Assembly (NCBI RefSeq): GCF_000143415.4
Contig: NW_003314279.1
Coordinates: 186,001 to 250,000 of the forward strand
Source: Selaginella moellendorffii
Taxonomy: Eukaryota > Plantae > Lycopodiophyta
Length of the DNA stretch: 64,000 nt
Direction: 5' to 3'
The notes beneath the pieces are model-generated. The model made no database searches. It worked only from the letters and a program-made list of their open reading frames with translations, and was not told where the DNA came from. The number at the start of each line of letters is the position of its first letter. Within the stretch, counting starts at the first letter, position 1. This document shows, piece after piece, positions 11,960-24,371 of the stretch. A program made the position numbers and the translations under genes.

Positions 11960-12240
11960 AAAATCCAGTGAGCTGAAATCGAGGGGCGAGAAGGGACAAT
12001 CCCAGGATCTCGTGCAGCCATTTATCAATCCCTGAATGCCAGAGATCTGTTGCAGATGTCATTCTAGGACCTTGGAAAAAGGAGAGTAGTAAAAAAGTTT
12101 TGAGGGACAACGCAAAAGAAGCTATAGTCGAATCTTCTCGACGGCTGAAACTTCCCACGATCAAAACACGGAAAGATTAGCAAAAACAGTCAAAATGACT
12201 CAAGCAGAAGCTCACAGTTTGCCAGTCATTCTTCCCGTGT
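11960..12240 (-). pseudogene. Partial decayed duplicate of the PSAT1 5' region and first coding exon
   Basis: SWDCPFSPLDFSSLD near 11965-12015; 12135-12225 resembles 11595-11710. Confidence 0.6.
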
Positions 12241-12340
12241 TTAATTTTGGCGGAACTTGTTGAAGTGACACCTGACAGAAATCCTCGTTAGAAGAAACTG
12301 CAAACTTTCCTCACACGATGCTCACTGTTTTGCATCCCCG

Positions 12341-14008
12341 CTACTTATTTAATGGGGGTGAGCTGTGTTGCTGCCTCAGCTCCTGGATCATGATCTTGGC
12401 GTCGTCGGTGTTGCTTTCCTTGCTGAGCGCCTCGAAGACAACGTTGAAGGTGACGAGGTTTGGCTTGAATCCCTTCTCCAGCATCTCTCGCAGCAGCTGA
12501 AATCCCAGCTTCCCTTTCCCAAGCTTGCAAATCGTGCTGATAAGAGCTACGTATGAGATCGCATCCACCAGTCCCTCCTTTCTCATCTCAACGAGATACG
12601 CATGGGCATCTTGCATCCGTCCAGCTTTCAGGCACGCGTCGGTGATGCTAGTGTAAGTCCGGCCGTTGGGAAAGATACCCCTTGCCTTCATCTCCGCAAA
12701 GAGCTTGTTGGCTTCCTCAACTTTCCCGGCCTTGCAAAACCCGTCGACGATGGAGTTGTAAGTCACAACGTCCGGAATGCAGCCCCTGGTTGGCATCTCC
12801 ACGAACAAATCCATCGCCTTGTCCATCATCCCGGCCTTGGCGAAGCGATTGATGAGCATGTTGTACGTGACGAGGTCGAAAGCGCAGCCGTTCTCGTGCA
12901 TGAGATCCAGCACCTTCTGCGCCTGCTCGTCCATCTTCACCCGGAGCAGCGCGTCGATCACCACGGTGTAAGTCACGGACGTCGGGGTGTGGCCCTTGTC
13001 AACCATCTCCTCAAACAGCCGGAAGGCTCTCTCCACCCGGAACCTCCCGTTGCCTTTGCGGCACAGCCCATGGATGAGCGTGTTGTACGTGACGATATCC
13101 GTCGGACATTCCCTGGCCTGCATCATCTCCACCAGGCCCTGCGCGTCCTCGAGCCTCCCGACTTTGCACAGCGCGTTGATGAGAATGTTGTAAGTGTAGA
13201 TGTCGGGAGCGCACGAAGTCGTCGCCATGGAGTGGAGCAAGTCGAGCGCCTCCTTCTCCTTCCCATGCTTGCACAGATGCGTGAGAATGATGTTGTAGAG
13301 CTTCGCGTTGGCTGGAACTTCCGCCTTCTTCATGTGTTCCAGGAGTGCCAGAGCCTGCCTCGTCTCGCCATCCTCGCAGTAGCCGCGGACGATGGTCGAG
13401 TACGTGAAAGCATTCGCCTGGAACGAGCTCGGCTTGCTCTCGGCGATGAGCATCTGGTGCGCGCGCTTGTACTGCCGCTTGTTCACCAAGAACTCGAGAA
13501 GCCGGTTAAAGGCAAATGCCGTGTGCGTGTAGCCATGGCGGCCGTGGCACCACTCGAAGAACTGGATCGTCGGCTCCACGTCCCTGGCGTGGTTGAGCAC
13601 GTCCACCACAATGTCCGTGCTGAGCTTGCCGCAGTACTCGCGGAGCTTGTGCTCGCGCACCTCCTCCATCTCCGTCTCGAGGATCTCCAGGAGCTCCTGT
13701 GCCTCGGCCGAGATCGCCAGTCGCCTAAACCTCGCCACTGCCGGAGACGCGATCGGCTTGTCCGCGATCCCTGGCTTGAAGGAGAGCTCCTCCAGCTTGA
13801 TCTTTCCTGCTCCTCGATCGCCGCTGCCGCGCCCTGGCACTGGATTATGATCGATTCCCGCCATGGGATTCTCGCTGCTTGATTGAGCCGCATTCCCATC
13901 GTCGATTCGCTGCCGCAAGGCTGTGCTGGAATCGATCGTCCGGGAGAAGGAACAACTCACCGATTGGCGCAGCGCGATGCCGGCTCGTCGCCTCACGGCG
14001 GCCTCCAT
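12341..14008 (-). CDS. P-class PPR protein, single exon, 555 aa
   Basis: Tandem 35-aa repeats (PDIYTYNILINALCKVGRLEDA, PDVVTYNSIVDGFCKAGKVEEA). Confidence 0.93.
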   Translation of the reverse strand: MEAAVRRRAGIALRQSVSCSFSRTIDSSTALRQRIDDGNAAQSSSENPMAGIDHNPVPGRGSGDRGAGKIKLEELSFKPGIADKPIASPAVARFRRLAISAEAQELLEILETEMEEVREHKLREYCGKLSTDIVVDVLNHARDVEPTIQFFEWCHGRHGYTHTAFAFNRLLEFLVNKRQYKRAHQMLIAESKPSSFQANAFTYSTIVRGYCEDGETRQALALLEHMKKAEVPANAKLYNIILTHLCKHGKEKEALDLLHSMATTSCAPDIYTYNILINALCKVGRLEDAQGLVEMMQARECPTDIVTYNTLIHGLCRKGNGRFRVERAFRLFEEMVDKGHTPTSVTYTVVIDALLRVKMDEQAQKVLDLMHENGCAFDLVTYNMLINRFAKAGMMDKAMDLFVEMPTRGCIPDVVTYNSIVDGFCKAGKVEEANKLFAEMKARGIFPNGRTYTSITDACLKAGRMQDAHAYLVEMRKEGLVDAISYVALISTICKLGKGKLGFQLLREMLEKGFKPNLVTFNVVFEALSKESNTDDAKIMIQELRQQHSSPPLNK

Positions 14009-14055
14009 GGATCGCTCGTACCGATAAACCCTAAATTTTGATTGAGCCTACGTAA

Positions 14056-15477
14056 TTACAAACACAATCGAGGGAATTTCCTCTTCTTGGCGATGGCGGA
14101 GGGAGGCGGCGGCGGTGATGGCGGCGGTGGCGGCGTTTGTGGTGGTGGCGGCGGTGGCGGCGTTGGCGGCGTTTGTGGTGGTGGCGGCGTCGGCGGTGGC
14201 GGGGAATGAAACACCTCGAGCGCCGACGAGCAGCTCGACTGCCGCACATTCGCCCCGAATCCACGAGCTGGGAGTGCCACGATCATCCCAGACGGCAGCG
14301 CCGCTGCTGGCAAGGCCGGGAGGGGGGGATCAAAGCGATCGTAGAATCGCAGCGGCGGCTGGTTCTTGATGCGCTCCATCTCGAATTGATACACCAAGTT
14401 CCCGCGCCTTCCCGGGCCGTAGAGCATCCGCTTGACGAGATAGAGGCCGTCGTAGCTGTAGAGCGTCTTGAATCGCCCAAACTCGGCGCCCAGGTAGCCC
14501 CGGATCAAGCGCACCGCCAGCTTGTTCTTCATCGAGTTCTCCAGCGCCACATTCCCGCCCTCGAGCTTCTGGTCCTCGGTGTTTCCTTTCTTGAATCCTC
14601 CCTGGCCCGAGTAGATCACCCTCTCGCCCGCGTCGCAATTGTCGCCATAGACGCTGCTGCGCTTGAGCACAACCGCGATGGCCACGGGGACACCCGGCTC
14701 CCAGTCCATGGTGTCGATCCCCGCCACGGGCAAGCTATGGATGCCCATGACCTGCATCTCCGCGCGGCACGAGAACGTATCGCCCACCTCCACGCCCGGG
14801 ATGCTGCCGATCTGGCGCTTCCTGTGGTGAAGGAAGTCTTCCCTCTTGTGGAACTGGGCGGCTACCGCGAGATCGGTCCGGCTCTTCTTTCGACGCCGGA
14901 CGCCATGGGCGTCGCTGGGATCGCTGCCATCGCCACCATCGCCACTGCCCAGCAGCAATGTAGGCTGCTCCTGGAGCGCGTCGTGCGCCGCTACTGCTTC
15001 GTGGAACCTGTGGAAACGATCGAGTGATGGAGGGTGGAAAGAAGTGGTTGCTCGATCTTACCGCGCCTTCTGCTGCAAAAACTTGATTCTCATGGGATCG
15101 GGCTCCATGGGCTCGGACTTGACGATCGCCATGGTGATCGATGGCGATGACGCGCAAGAGAGCGCCGTTGCGGTTGCCTCGCCAAGGTCAGTCGCGGGGG
15201 AAAGCTCCGCATCGCCATGGCCGAGAGAAGAAGAAGAAGCCATCTCGCATGGAGGAATTTCTTGCTCCACTGCGCAAGAAGACGAAACCTCAGGCTGGAC
15301 CTCTGCCGCCATCGCAGGGGATGAAATCTCTAGTGGTGAAACCTCTGCTGCTATGGTGGCCGGAGTCAAGGTGAGAGGTGGAATCCATACCGGATCATGG
15401 ATCCCGAGCGAAGCCAAGAGATCAGTGCAGCTCGTTGCCAATCTCCTCAGCTCGGCGTCATCGCGAAGCTCCCACAT
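14056..15477 (-). CDS. SRA-YDG domain protein lacking SET/RING, with Pro-rich tail and basic NLS; 2 exons (15477-15062, 15007-14056)
   Basis: IGSIPGVEVGDTF, GIH...AGID, IYSGQGG, EDQKLEGGNVALENS, YSYDGLY; ends PPPPPSAIAKKRK. Confidence 0.85.
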
Positions 15478-15584
15478 TCTCTCGTACTGTTCTTGCGTAC
15501 TGCAATGCTGCCAAGTAAAAATGTATTTATTAGCGGAGGCACCAAAAGAGTCTCAAGATTCTCTCTCGTTTTAAGGAAAACAAA

Positions 15585-18500
15585 TTACACTGCGAGATTT
15601 AACACTTGGACGCCTCTTCCCGCTACAGCGATGCGATACGAGCTCCTGCCAAGAGAGAAACTAGCGAAAATGGTTAGAACCAGCTAATGATTGATCCAGT
15701 TTTTCGAGCTCACTCGCTTGATCGATGAGCATCGATCGACTCGGTCTCAGGAACGTCGATGATGCAGGTACATGAGCGTGTCAATTGATTGTCTTGGGCG
15801 ATTTGCCAGCACCTCACTCGTTGATCAAGGCCAGTGCTAAAAATCCACTCGGAATCGCTCCACACCCCTGTAGCGTCAAGCCAAAAAAGAAAAAAAAACA
15901 AACCATAAGCTTGTACCGAGGATCGTCAAAAGGAGAAAAGAGTCCTTGCCTTTCACTGCCGAGCTGTGCGCATTGGCAACGTTTTGGCGGCTCAGGACAC
16001 GGATAGTACTCCCAGCGCCTACCAGCACGCAAAACCAGTAGCCAGTGTGTGTGAGAAGTAAAACTCAAAAGGATAAGAGTACCTTCTTGCATGGACAGCA
16101 CGGAGAAGTGAAGAGACTGATCATCTCCACCACTCACGATCGACAATGTGGAAGACGAGGTGGCGCACACGTATAGAGAATTGACGCCGGATTGGTGACA
16201 GCAACTTAGCACGAGTACGGGACTTAGTACTGCTGCGTCTTGGGAGAGATCAGGCGAGGACTGCGGATCTTTGAGGATTTGCTGCTGCGAGGGATGGCGC
16301 TGATGATTCAAGCGTCGGCGGGCTTTACCACCCTGGCTTCCTCTCCCGGAGAGAGGCCGCAAGCCTTGGGCTTTTTCTCTCTCACCAACGGTGAAGCTAG
16401 CGACTGAATTTGTAAGATCCCAGACGGCAATACTTCCGTCTGTGCAGCCACTGAATACGAAAAATCTGTTCGCCAGTGTTCCTGACCATGAGCATTGATA
16501 AGAACAGCTAATGGTATGTGAAAGAAAGACAAATTACCTTGCGAGAAGCAAGGGAGGACGGCGTGATGCAGGGTCAAAACTGGACATTTGTGATGCTGGA
16601 GAACTGCGATACGAGACCTGGAACTTGTCTGAAATGAAAAACATGCAGGGAAGTCATATAGAAGGAAACGTACCACGTTTTGCTGGATGAGTCGAACGCC
16701 TTGACAGTAAGGATGGCATTCGACATGGCAGCCACCACAAAATAAACTGGAACGCCATCCGACTCAACAGCAAAAACTGTCAGTGCCATATACCGCAAGT
16801 CATCCTTGTTTACGCCGCTTTTCTTGCTGAAAGTCGAGTGAGTACTGAGCCATCGTGCCGATATTTGTTCTGGCTTGTCGAAGAGTTCCCAACACGTCAA
16901 AACTTCCTTTGCACCAGCAGAGAACAGAACTGCATGCTGCATGTCGTCGATCCCGCTCGCTTCAGTCTTGCTATTGTACACACGGGTCGACAAAGCTAGT
17001 GCACGAACCGCAGAGCCACCAACGTGTTCTTCCAATGATGCGAACACTGTTAAGTCCTCCTGAGCATACCTGTACGGCATGGAGCTTGGTTAACAAGTAT
17101 ATGGATGATGTCTATAGCATTTACCTTGAAATCTGAACTCTTCCATCTTCGGAACCAGAGAAGAGCCAGTCCGTGTCAGGAAAAAATAAAATCGAGTGGA
17201 CCTCTCTCCCATGCGATTGTTTTTGCAGCGCTTGCAGGGGACTCGAATCATCACTATCGTCCCAATTGCGGCAAATACATATGGTTTGTTCCTGAAAAGG
17301 TATGTGAGTTCCGAAGTAGTGAAGTATATAAGCTTGACCTTCACAAAAGCAAAACAAAATTGAGTCTCCGGAAGTTCTCCAACAAAAGATGAATGTGGTC
17401 GCTTCCATCCACCGCAAGATATTCTTTTCAACTGCCAGTTATCTATTAGATGATAAGATAGAAAGACGTCGTTATTTTACCTCTACCTCGTTGGTGATAT
17501 CCCATAACACAAAGTCTGCCGCTGAAAATCCTAGACCAATCCTTCGTTTTGATCCAGATAGGCATAGAACTGATTCCAAGACCGTTATTGCAGCAATCTT
17601 CTCGACTCGGTGGCAGGAAAGTACCGACGATAGCTGACCACGTTGGTAGAATACTTCGCAAACACATCCATCTCTTCCTGTCTGTACACACAGCGCAAAG
17701 TTTCACTGCCTATTCTAAATATGTATATAGCCTTACTGATATTGTCTTGGTTCCTTCGTTTGAGAACTCGGATATTGACACATTAGCAACGGCAGATATG
17801 CCGTGCGCACCTCTGAATGAATCGAGCTCCTCAACAACAGCGGGATCTTCCATCTCGAATAAGATTGAATCAAAATGAAAGAATAGTAAGCTTCCTTTTT
17901 GATCGCCACATACGAGCACCTGTTTTAAGTGTCAGTAAATAATAGAAGCCTCAAATTGCAGAACTTGCCTGCTTTTCTAAGGACGCGTCCATGCATACAA
18001 TTCGACTTGACAAGGAGGACTTGAAGTATGCCAAATGCCGCGGTCCCTCGCTAGTTTCGCCATTCATAGCCCAGCAACGAACTCCTCCTTTCGGATCTGT
18101 TGTAAAAACGAATCTAGATGCATAGCATGATCAATGTCACACATTAGGATATGCTTACCGTGAACCAAGAGATTTACACCAGAAAGCTCCCAAGAGCTGT
18201 CTTTCTGCTTCAGCTATCCATGTTGATTGCCAGGCTATCTGCCCCTCGGAAGTGATCCCTAAGACCGTCGCCCGACCCTGGCCGTCACCACAGGCAACTA
18301 AAACCTCTTTACTGGGACATCCTTCAGGAGTTACGAGCTGTTCTTTGAAAATATCCAAGCAAACAAGAGGACTTCTTTCAGGTGTCTGTAGTATCGAGAC
18401 CTGTTTCACGTCCCCAGATGGCAAGAGACTGGCGCGTTGTAGCAATCCCTGATTTGTTGCTATGAACAGGGACGACGGTCCTTCAAAACATAAACACCGG

Positions 18501-19973
18501 ACATATTCGCTCCTACTGCGGAAAAGTGTGAGGTCACGTACAGGAGAAAAAAAAGGTAACTTACCTGTCTAAAAAACCATCATTCTTGCCAGTGTCTATC
18601 CGGTACATTACCATCTCTTTAGCAGTCGTAGGAATTAGAGCTCTTTCCGACAGAGAATACAGCTTAATGGAAGAATCAGCTCCTGCAGTTACTAGCATAG
18701 ACAGCTGACGATCAAATATGCAACGCCATATCCCACGACCTCTGCATTGTTCACGATCAAAAGCTGATCACAGACAAACGAGAGCATACTTACGTGTGCC
18801 CCTTCAGCGTCCTCAAAAGCTCCCCACTCAAAGACCAGACTCCGCATGTACAGTCCTCACTTGCTGTTATGAACATCTATATAAACCCAAGGAAACAACA
18901 TAAGATAAAAGAAAGAGCTTTTGTACAGATCGCAAGCACTGCAAACCTTTGCATCTATATGGAGATCCCAAACACGAGCAGTATGCCCGAATAAAACAAT
19001 GACAGCTTTTGTCTGAAGATTCCATATTCGAGCACTGCTTAGAGGATCAGCTAAATTCAGCTTGAAATGCAAGAAAGAATATTAAATCAAACCTTCTGTC
19101 ATCTGATACCGAACCGAGGAAGCATCCATCTGTCGACCAAGTGATACGATAAATAGAACCCTCGTGTCCGCACAGTCTATGGACGATCTTGGCTTCACAG
19201 GTGCTCCCCTTGCCTCCCCAAACAAGAACCTGACGGCAATTCAGGATTATATAAAACCGATCCAAGTACGTAAAATATCCATACCTCATTGTAGATTGTC
19301 CCAGCAGCGACTTGCAAACTCTGAATGGAATCACCACAAAGCCTCATAGAATACAATAAGCACCTTTCTATTTGGCGAATCCAATCAAAGTTCACAAAGC
19401 TAGAGAGAATATAAAACCTTACCAGGACAGTGGAAGTTGGAGACTATCTTCTTGGAGGAAGTGTCCCAAAGACACACGGTATTGTCACTTAAACCGATTG
19501 CTAGAACCACATTATGGCCATCATCCTGAAAGAAAAAAAGAAAGAAATACAAAGAATGAGAAAATGCTTCTACTGCCTTGCTTACCTTTGTGAAGATTTG
19601 CACATCGAGAATCCACTTGGAAAACCTCGGAACGCATTGCCAGGGCTCCAGAGCCTCGGTGCTCAATCGAAAGAGCTTCGCCTTTCCCTCTCCGTGAACA
19701 GCAACGATCGCCGGAGGCAATGCGCTCGACTCCGCCGCGGCAGCAACGATTCCATGGACGCGGATTCCATCGAAGACGTGCACAGACGGGAAATATCGCG
19801 CTCCCGTCTCGAGATTGTAGCAATCCAGCTGCGCTCCGGTGCCTGGCAGGCAATGCTGAGACCGCAAAGAATCCACAATGCGAGCGCTTACCCGCAAGAA
19901 CAACCCTGGACGGAAGCGCCGCGAAGCACAGCGCTGTGACATCGCCGATGTATGGGCCCTTCTCGAGCGCCAT
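15585..19973 (-). CDS. WDR6: WD40-repeat protein WDR6/Trm734-like, multi-exon
   Basis: GDVTAL, VFDGIRVHGI, GHEGSIY..., GHTARVWD, HGREVH, HQSGVNSL, SGGDDQ, IAVAGRG. Confidence 0.85.
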
Positions 19974-20042
19974 TGGCAATAAAACCTCCCACCAGACAAT
20001 ATTTCTAGGGTTCTAGAAAGTGAAGTTTTAGGGCATTTGACG

Positions 20043-21365
20043 ATGAGCAGCATTGGCACTGGGGTAAGCGTCTTGGATTTGGATCCAGCTCTCTCTCTTA
20101 TTTCGTCTCTCCAGTATGATCTATCGGTGACGACCTTCTCGCCGGATGGGCGAGTGTTCCAGACCGAGTATGCGAGCAAGGCGGTCGACAATAGCGGGTA
20201 AGTTTGTTGCTGCTCTAGTCATTTTCTTAGTGGATTTGTGATCTAGGACCGCTATCGGAGTTACTTGCAAGGACGGGGTAGTATTGGTATGTGCTCCTTG
20301 GGAAAAAATGCATTACAGCGATTTTATTTTATTTTTCTTGCAGGGAATAGAGAAGCTAACTCCATCTAAGATGCTCGTCGAGGGATCGAACAAGAGAATA
20401 CATCATGTTCACGAGCACGCTGGCATGGTGCGATCATTTTTCTACTTCTTTTGGTTTACTTACATTTCCTTTCGCTAGGCGGTGGCGGGGCTTGCAGCCG
20501 ATGGACGGCAGGTCGTTGCTCGTGCTAGAGCGGAGGCAAAGAACTACCTGAGGTGATTGAATTGGGATTATACTCTAGCATTTGCGAAAACACTCTCTCT
20601 TTTTTTTTCAGTTTCTATGGCGAGGAGATTCCCACGAGTCATCTCTGCGAGCGAGTTGCGAGCTACGTACACTTGTGTACACTTTACTGGTGGCTGAGGT
20701 ACTTCAAATTCTTCCTTTTTTCCGTTCTTTGCGGCTCCATCGACATGCTTACTGCGTAGGCCGTTCGGCACTGGAGTAATACTTGGCGGGTACGACAGAG
20801 ATGGGCCGCAACTTTACATGATTGAACCTTCCGGTGTTTCGTATGTAAGTGTGCTGGTTTTAGCGAGGATCAAGCACTGATTTTCCCCATGCAGCGCTAT
20901 TTCGGTGCAGCGATTGGCAAGGGGCGGCAAGCTGCGAAAACGTAAGAAAGATTTCTCAAACAAGCACCGTGACTGTCGATCTAACTTTGCTTGTTGCATC
21001 TCACAGTGAGATCGAGAAGCTAAAGCTGTCCGAGATGACTTGCAAAGAGGCTGTTTTCGCCGTTGCCAAGATGTAAGTTTTTTCGTTTCCTCCCTGTTGG
21101 ATGGATTCTTTGAACTTGTGAAAACTAAACAGCATCTACGGAGTTCACGACGAAGCCAAGGACAAAGCCTTTGAACTGGAAATGAGCTGGATTTGCGACG
21201 AGTCGAACAAGGAGCACCAAAAGGTCTTGCCATCGCACTCTCGCTACGTACTAGTCCCTCGTATTTTCTAATGCTTGTTTTGCTTTCCAGGTGCCTGCAA
21301 ACCTCCTAGAAGAGGCCAAAGCCGCTGCCAAAGCCGCACAAGAGGAAGATATGGATGCCGATTAA
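20043..21365 (+). CDS. PAG1: 20S proteasome subunit alpha type-3 (alpha7), multi-exon
   Basis: MSSIGTG|[16 protein letters not shown]; [14 protein letters not shown]; [15 protein letters not shown]; ends EEDMDAD*. Confidence 0.96.
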
Positions 21366-21497
21366 TATATCCTAGACTGACCAGTAGTAGCGACTGGAAT
21401 CTCGATCACAGTGAGTAAAACGTTTGTTGCCATTCAATCCCATCCAATTCAGCCAGGACAACAGACCTTTGCATTAAGAAACTACTCGGTTCTCCCA

Positions 21498-21667
21498 GTA
21501 CGGCCCGGAGAAACAATCACATTCTTTCGTACTTTGTGAGTGCTGAGAAAGTGGAAGTGCTCCAGTCGTACGTGTCGCAAGACGCCTGCTAGCATTCGTG
21601 TGTCGACACTCGCAAGGAATATAAACATGGTGTTCCGTACACAGTATGGGGCCCAGGGCATGCGTAC
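21498..21667. promoter_or_regulatory. Cluster of five CGTAC (SBP-box/CuRE-like) motifs upstream of MTP8 exon 1a
   Basis: GTAC at 21498, 21529, 21568, 21637 and 21664, each read as CGTAC on one strand. Confidence 0.4.
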
Positions 21668-21929
21668 GGCATGGCAGCGATCGCCCGGATTTGTAAGCTT
21701 GCGTTGCATGGGTTCCTTTAGTTTTTAGGTAGGAGGGTTTTGTGCGCCCCTGGCTCGAAATATTCTCGTCATTCCATCGGAGTGATCGATCGAGATCGAG
21801 AGAGTGAGTGATCGATCGAGATCGATCGAGCGAGGGAGCGCGATCCTACTGTCGCGATCGATCAGGCGGCAGCGCTTTCTATTTGATTGCCGCCCATTGC
21901 CGCGCGTGAGAAGGCGATCGAGAAGGGGG

Positions 21930-24262
21930 ATGGACAATGTGCCCTTGCTCCAGGGATTCCAGGAGCGGCGCGAATGCTGTGGCCGATTCGGGAGCTGCAA
22001 GGTCGACAGCGGCGGCAATGGCGATCGCGATATCGATCTGGAGCGGCAGCAGCACACGGTGATTTGCAAGCTTTCCAGGTTCCAATACTACGATATGCTC
22101 ACGGAGGAGGCATTCGAGGACTCATCGTCGCCTCATCAAAATCACGGTATGCCTTCCACTCCCTTTTCTTTCTATTTGCTTGTGTGGATGTTAGTTTCCT
22201 TTGATCGATCGATGTTAGTTTCCTTGCTGGATTGTATAGAGTTCCCTTTGATCGATCGATGTTAGTTTCCTTGCTGGATTGTATGGAGTTCCCTTTGATC
22301 GATCGATACCTCGGCATTGGAAATGCCGAGAAGTCAATTCCTTTGCAGATGTTTGCTTGGGATTCGTGCAGCGATCTCTCTATTCTTCCTTTTTTTTTAT
22401 TTGTGGTTGCTATTTTTTTCGCTTGCATGGTGTTTGATACTGGCAAAGATGGTGGTGGTCCTATACAACAGCTTGGACAGCTGATTGAGGCCAGAACTGT
22501 ATGTGTAGTCGAGGCTTTACCCACCCGTTGACATTAGAGCTTGGAAGATTCATATTACTTTGAGAGGAAGGTTTAAGAAAAGGAAAACGAGAAGACTCAG
22601 ATCCAACGGCGAGAAGCCTGGTACGTGGGTGACTCAGGGTAGAGGAAGGTTTGCTACAGTCTTAGCTTGCTTGCGAGAGATGGAAGAGCAAGAGGTGGTG
22701 CTCGCGACGCCTCTGATGAAAACTAAGAGTGGGGAGGGATCGAGCAGAACATATAGTGGCGAGGGGTTCTCAGCTCTCAGGCAGCTTTCTGGAAAGTGGC
22801 AATTCAAGGTGGTCAGGTCCTATCACGAAAGGGCTTTTGACACGAGCATCGGCCATGGAGGTTTTTTTTTGCTTTGCCTGTTTTGAATGCTTCGGCGATC
22901 GCTCTGTTTGCGTGTTCTGACTGGTTTTGTTTTTGTTTCTTCGGTTTCTGATTTTTTCTTGTTTGTTTTATTGGCAGGAATCCGTGAGTATAACAAGAAG
23001 CAGCGCGAAGCGCTTGCTATGTTTGAAGAGGTTGACGCGCTGAGTCATCTGGGACAAGGACTGAGAGACGATGGTAAATCGAGTGCTGATCGGGAAGCTC
23101 TGGCTGTTAACTGCTCCAATCTGTGGAACGTCATACTTCTTGCTTTGAAGGTTTGCTTCTTTTAAAGGTTCAAGCATTTCAGTTCCTGCGTTTTTCTTCC
23201 AGGTATATGCAACAGTAGCAAGTGGTTCTCTGGCAATCGCGGCCTCGACACTAGATTCTCTCCTTGACTTGTTGGCTGGCGGCATTCTTTGGTTCACCCA
23301 ATGGACAATGAAAAGGACGGACATTTACAACTATCCCATCGGGAAGCTGAGAGTTCAACCTGTTGGGATTGTGGTTTTCGCGGCTGTTATGGCAACTCTT
23401 GGTACGTTTTTCTGTCGTTGTGAACTTGTATTAAGAAGGTAATGCAATGCAGGCCTCCAGGTGCTTATAGAAGGCGTGAGACAGCTTCTCAACGGGAAGC
23501 CCGAAACTCACCTAGATATGTCACAGTCGATATGGATGATAGCGATCATGGGAACAGCCATCGTCGTCAAGCTGGGACTCTTTCTGTACTGCCGGAGCTT
23601 CAAGGACGAGATAATTCTCGCGTATGCAATGGTAACAAGTTATTTTTCCGCTGGTTTTCTCGGTACTTACGAGAATTCACCTCAACAGGATCACCAGTTC
23701 GACGTGATCACGAACGTGGTTGGCTTAGCGGCAGCTCTACTCGCTGATCGCTTCTACTGGTGGCTGGATCCCATTGGTGCTGTAGCTCTGGCGATCTACA
23801 CCATTGTCAATTGGTCCAAGACGGTTTTCGAGAATGCAGGTAATTGCTCTCCTATGCTACTTCACAAAGGTTCATTTTCTTAGTTCATTCACAGTGTCGT
23901 TGATCGGAAAGTCGGCACCACCGGAAGTCCTCCAGAAGCTGACTTACATGGCTTTCAATCACCACCGTGACATCCAACACATTGACACGGTCCGCGCTTA
24001 CACATTTGGAGCTCTCTTCTTCGTTGAGGTTGGTCTCTCCTTTCCTAGCGAAGATTATCTCGTCTCAAGATATCGTCTCCTTTCACAGGTTGATATCCAA
24101 CTTCCAGAGACGATGCCACTGAAAGAAGCTCACGACATTGGCCAATCTCTGCAAGACAAGATCGAAGCTCTCGCAGAAGTAGAGCGTGCTTTCGTCCACC
24201 TCGATTTCGAGTGTACGCACAAACCAGAGCACCAAAAGAGCCACTTCATCACAGACGTGTAA
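21930..24262 (+). CDS. MTP8: Metal tolerance protein, Mn-CDF group 8 type, with two candidate first exons (21930-22146 and 22680-22860)
   Basis: ASTLDSLLD and QDHQFD (DxxxD Mn-CDF sites), [40 protein letters not shown]. Confidence 0.9.
22188..22307. repeat. 47-bp tandem repeat (2 full copies plus a partial one) in the MTP8 intron
   Basis: ATGTTAGTTTCCTTGCTGGATTGTATRGAGTTCCCTTTGATCGATCG repeated. Confidence 0.85.
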
Positions 24263-24371
24263 AATAGACAGAGGCGGTTCGGAGAAAGGAATCGAACCTG
24301 GAAATACAATAAAGTTTAATTATCCTGTTTCTAGGGTTAGGGCTCCTTGCGAGCAGAGGAAATTCCGGAGG

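Noticed and set aside
12602-13882. Long plus-strand ORFs antisense to PPR, SRA, VPS54 and P450 genes
   Set aside because: Shadow ORFs of GC-rich coding sequence with no motifs
22188-22307. CRISPR-like repeat
   Set aside because: Head-to-tail repeat without spacers in a eukaryotic intron
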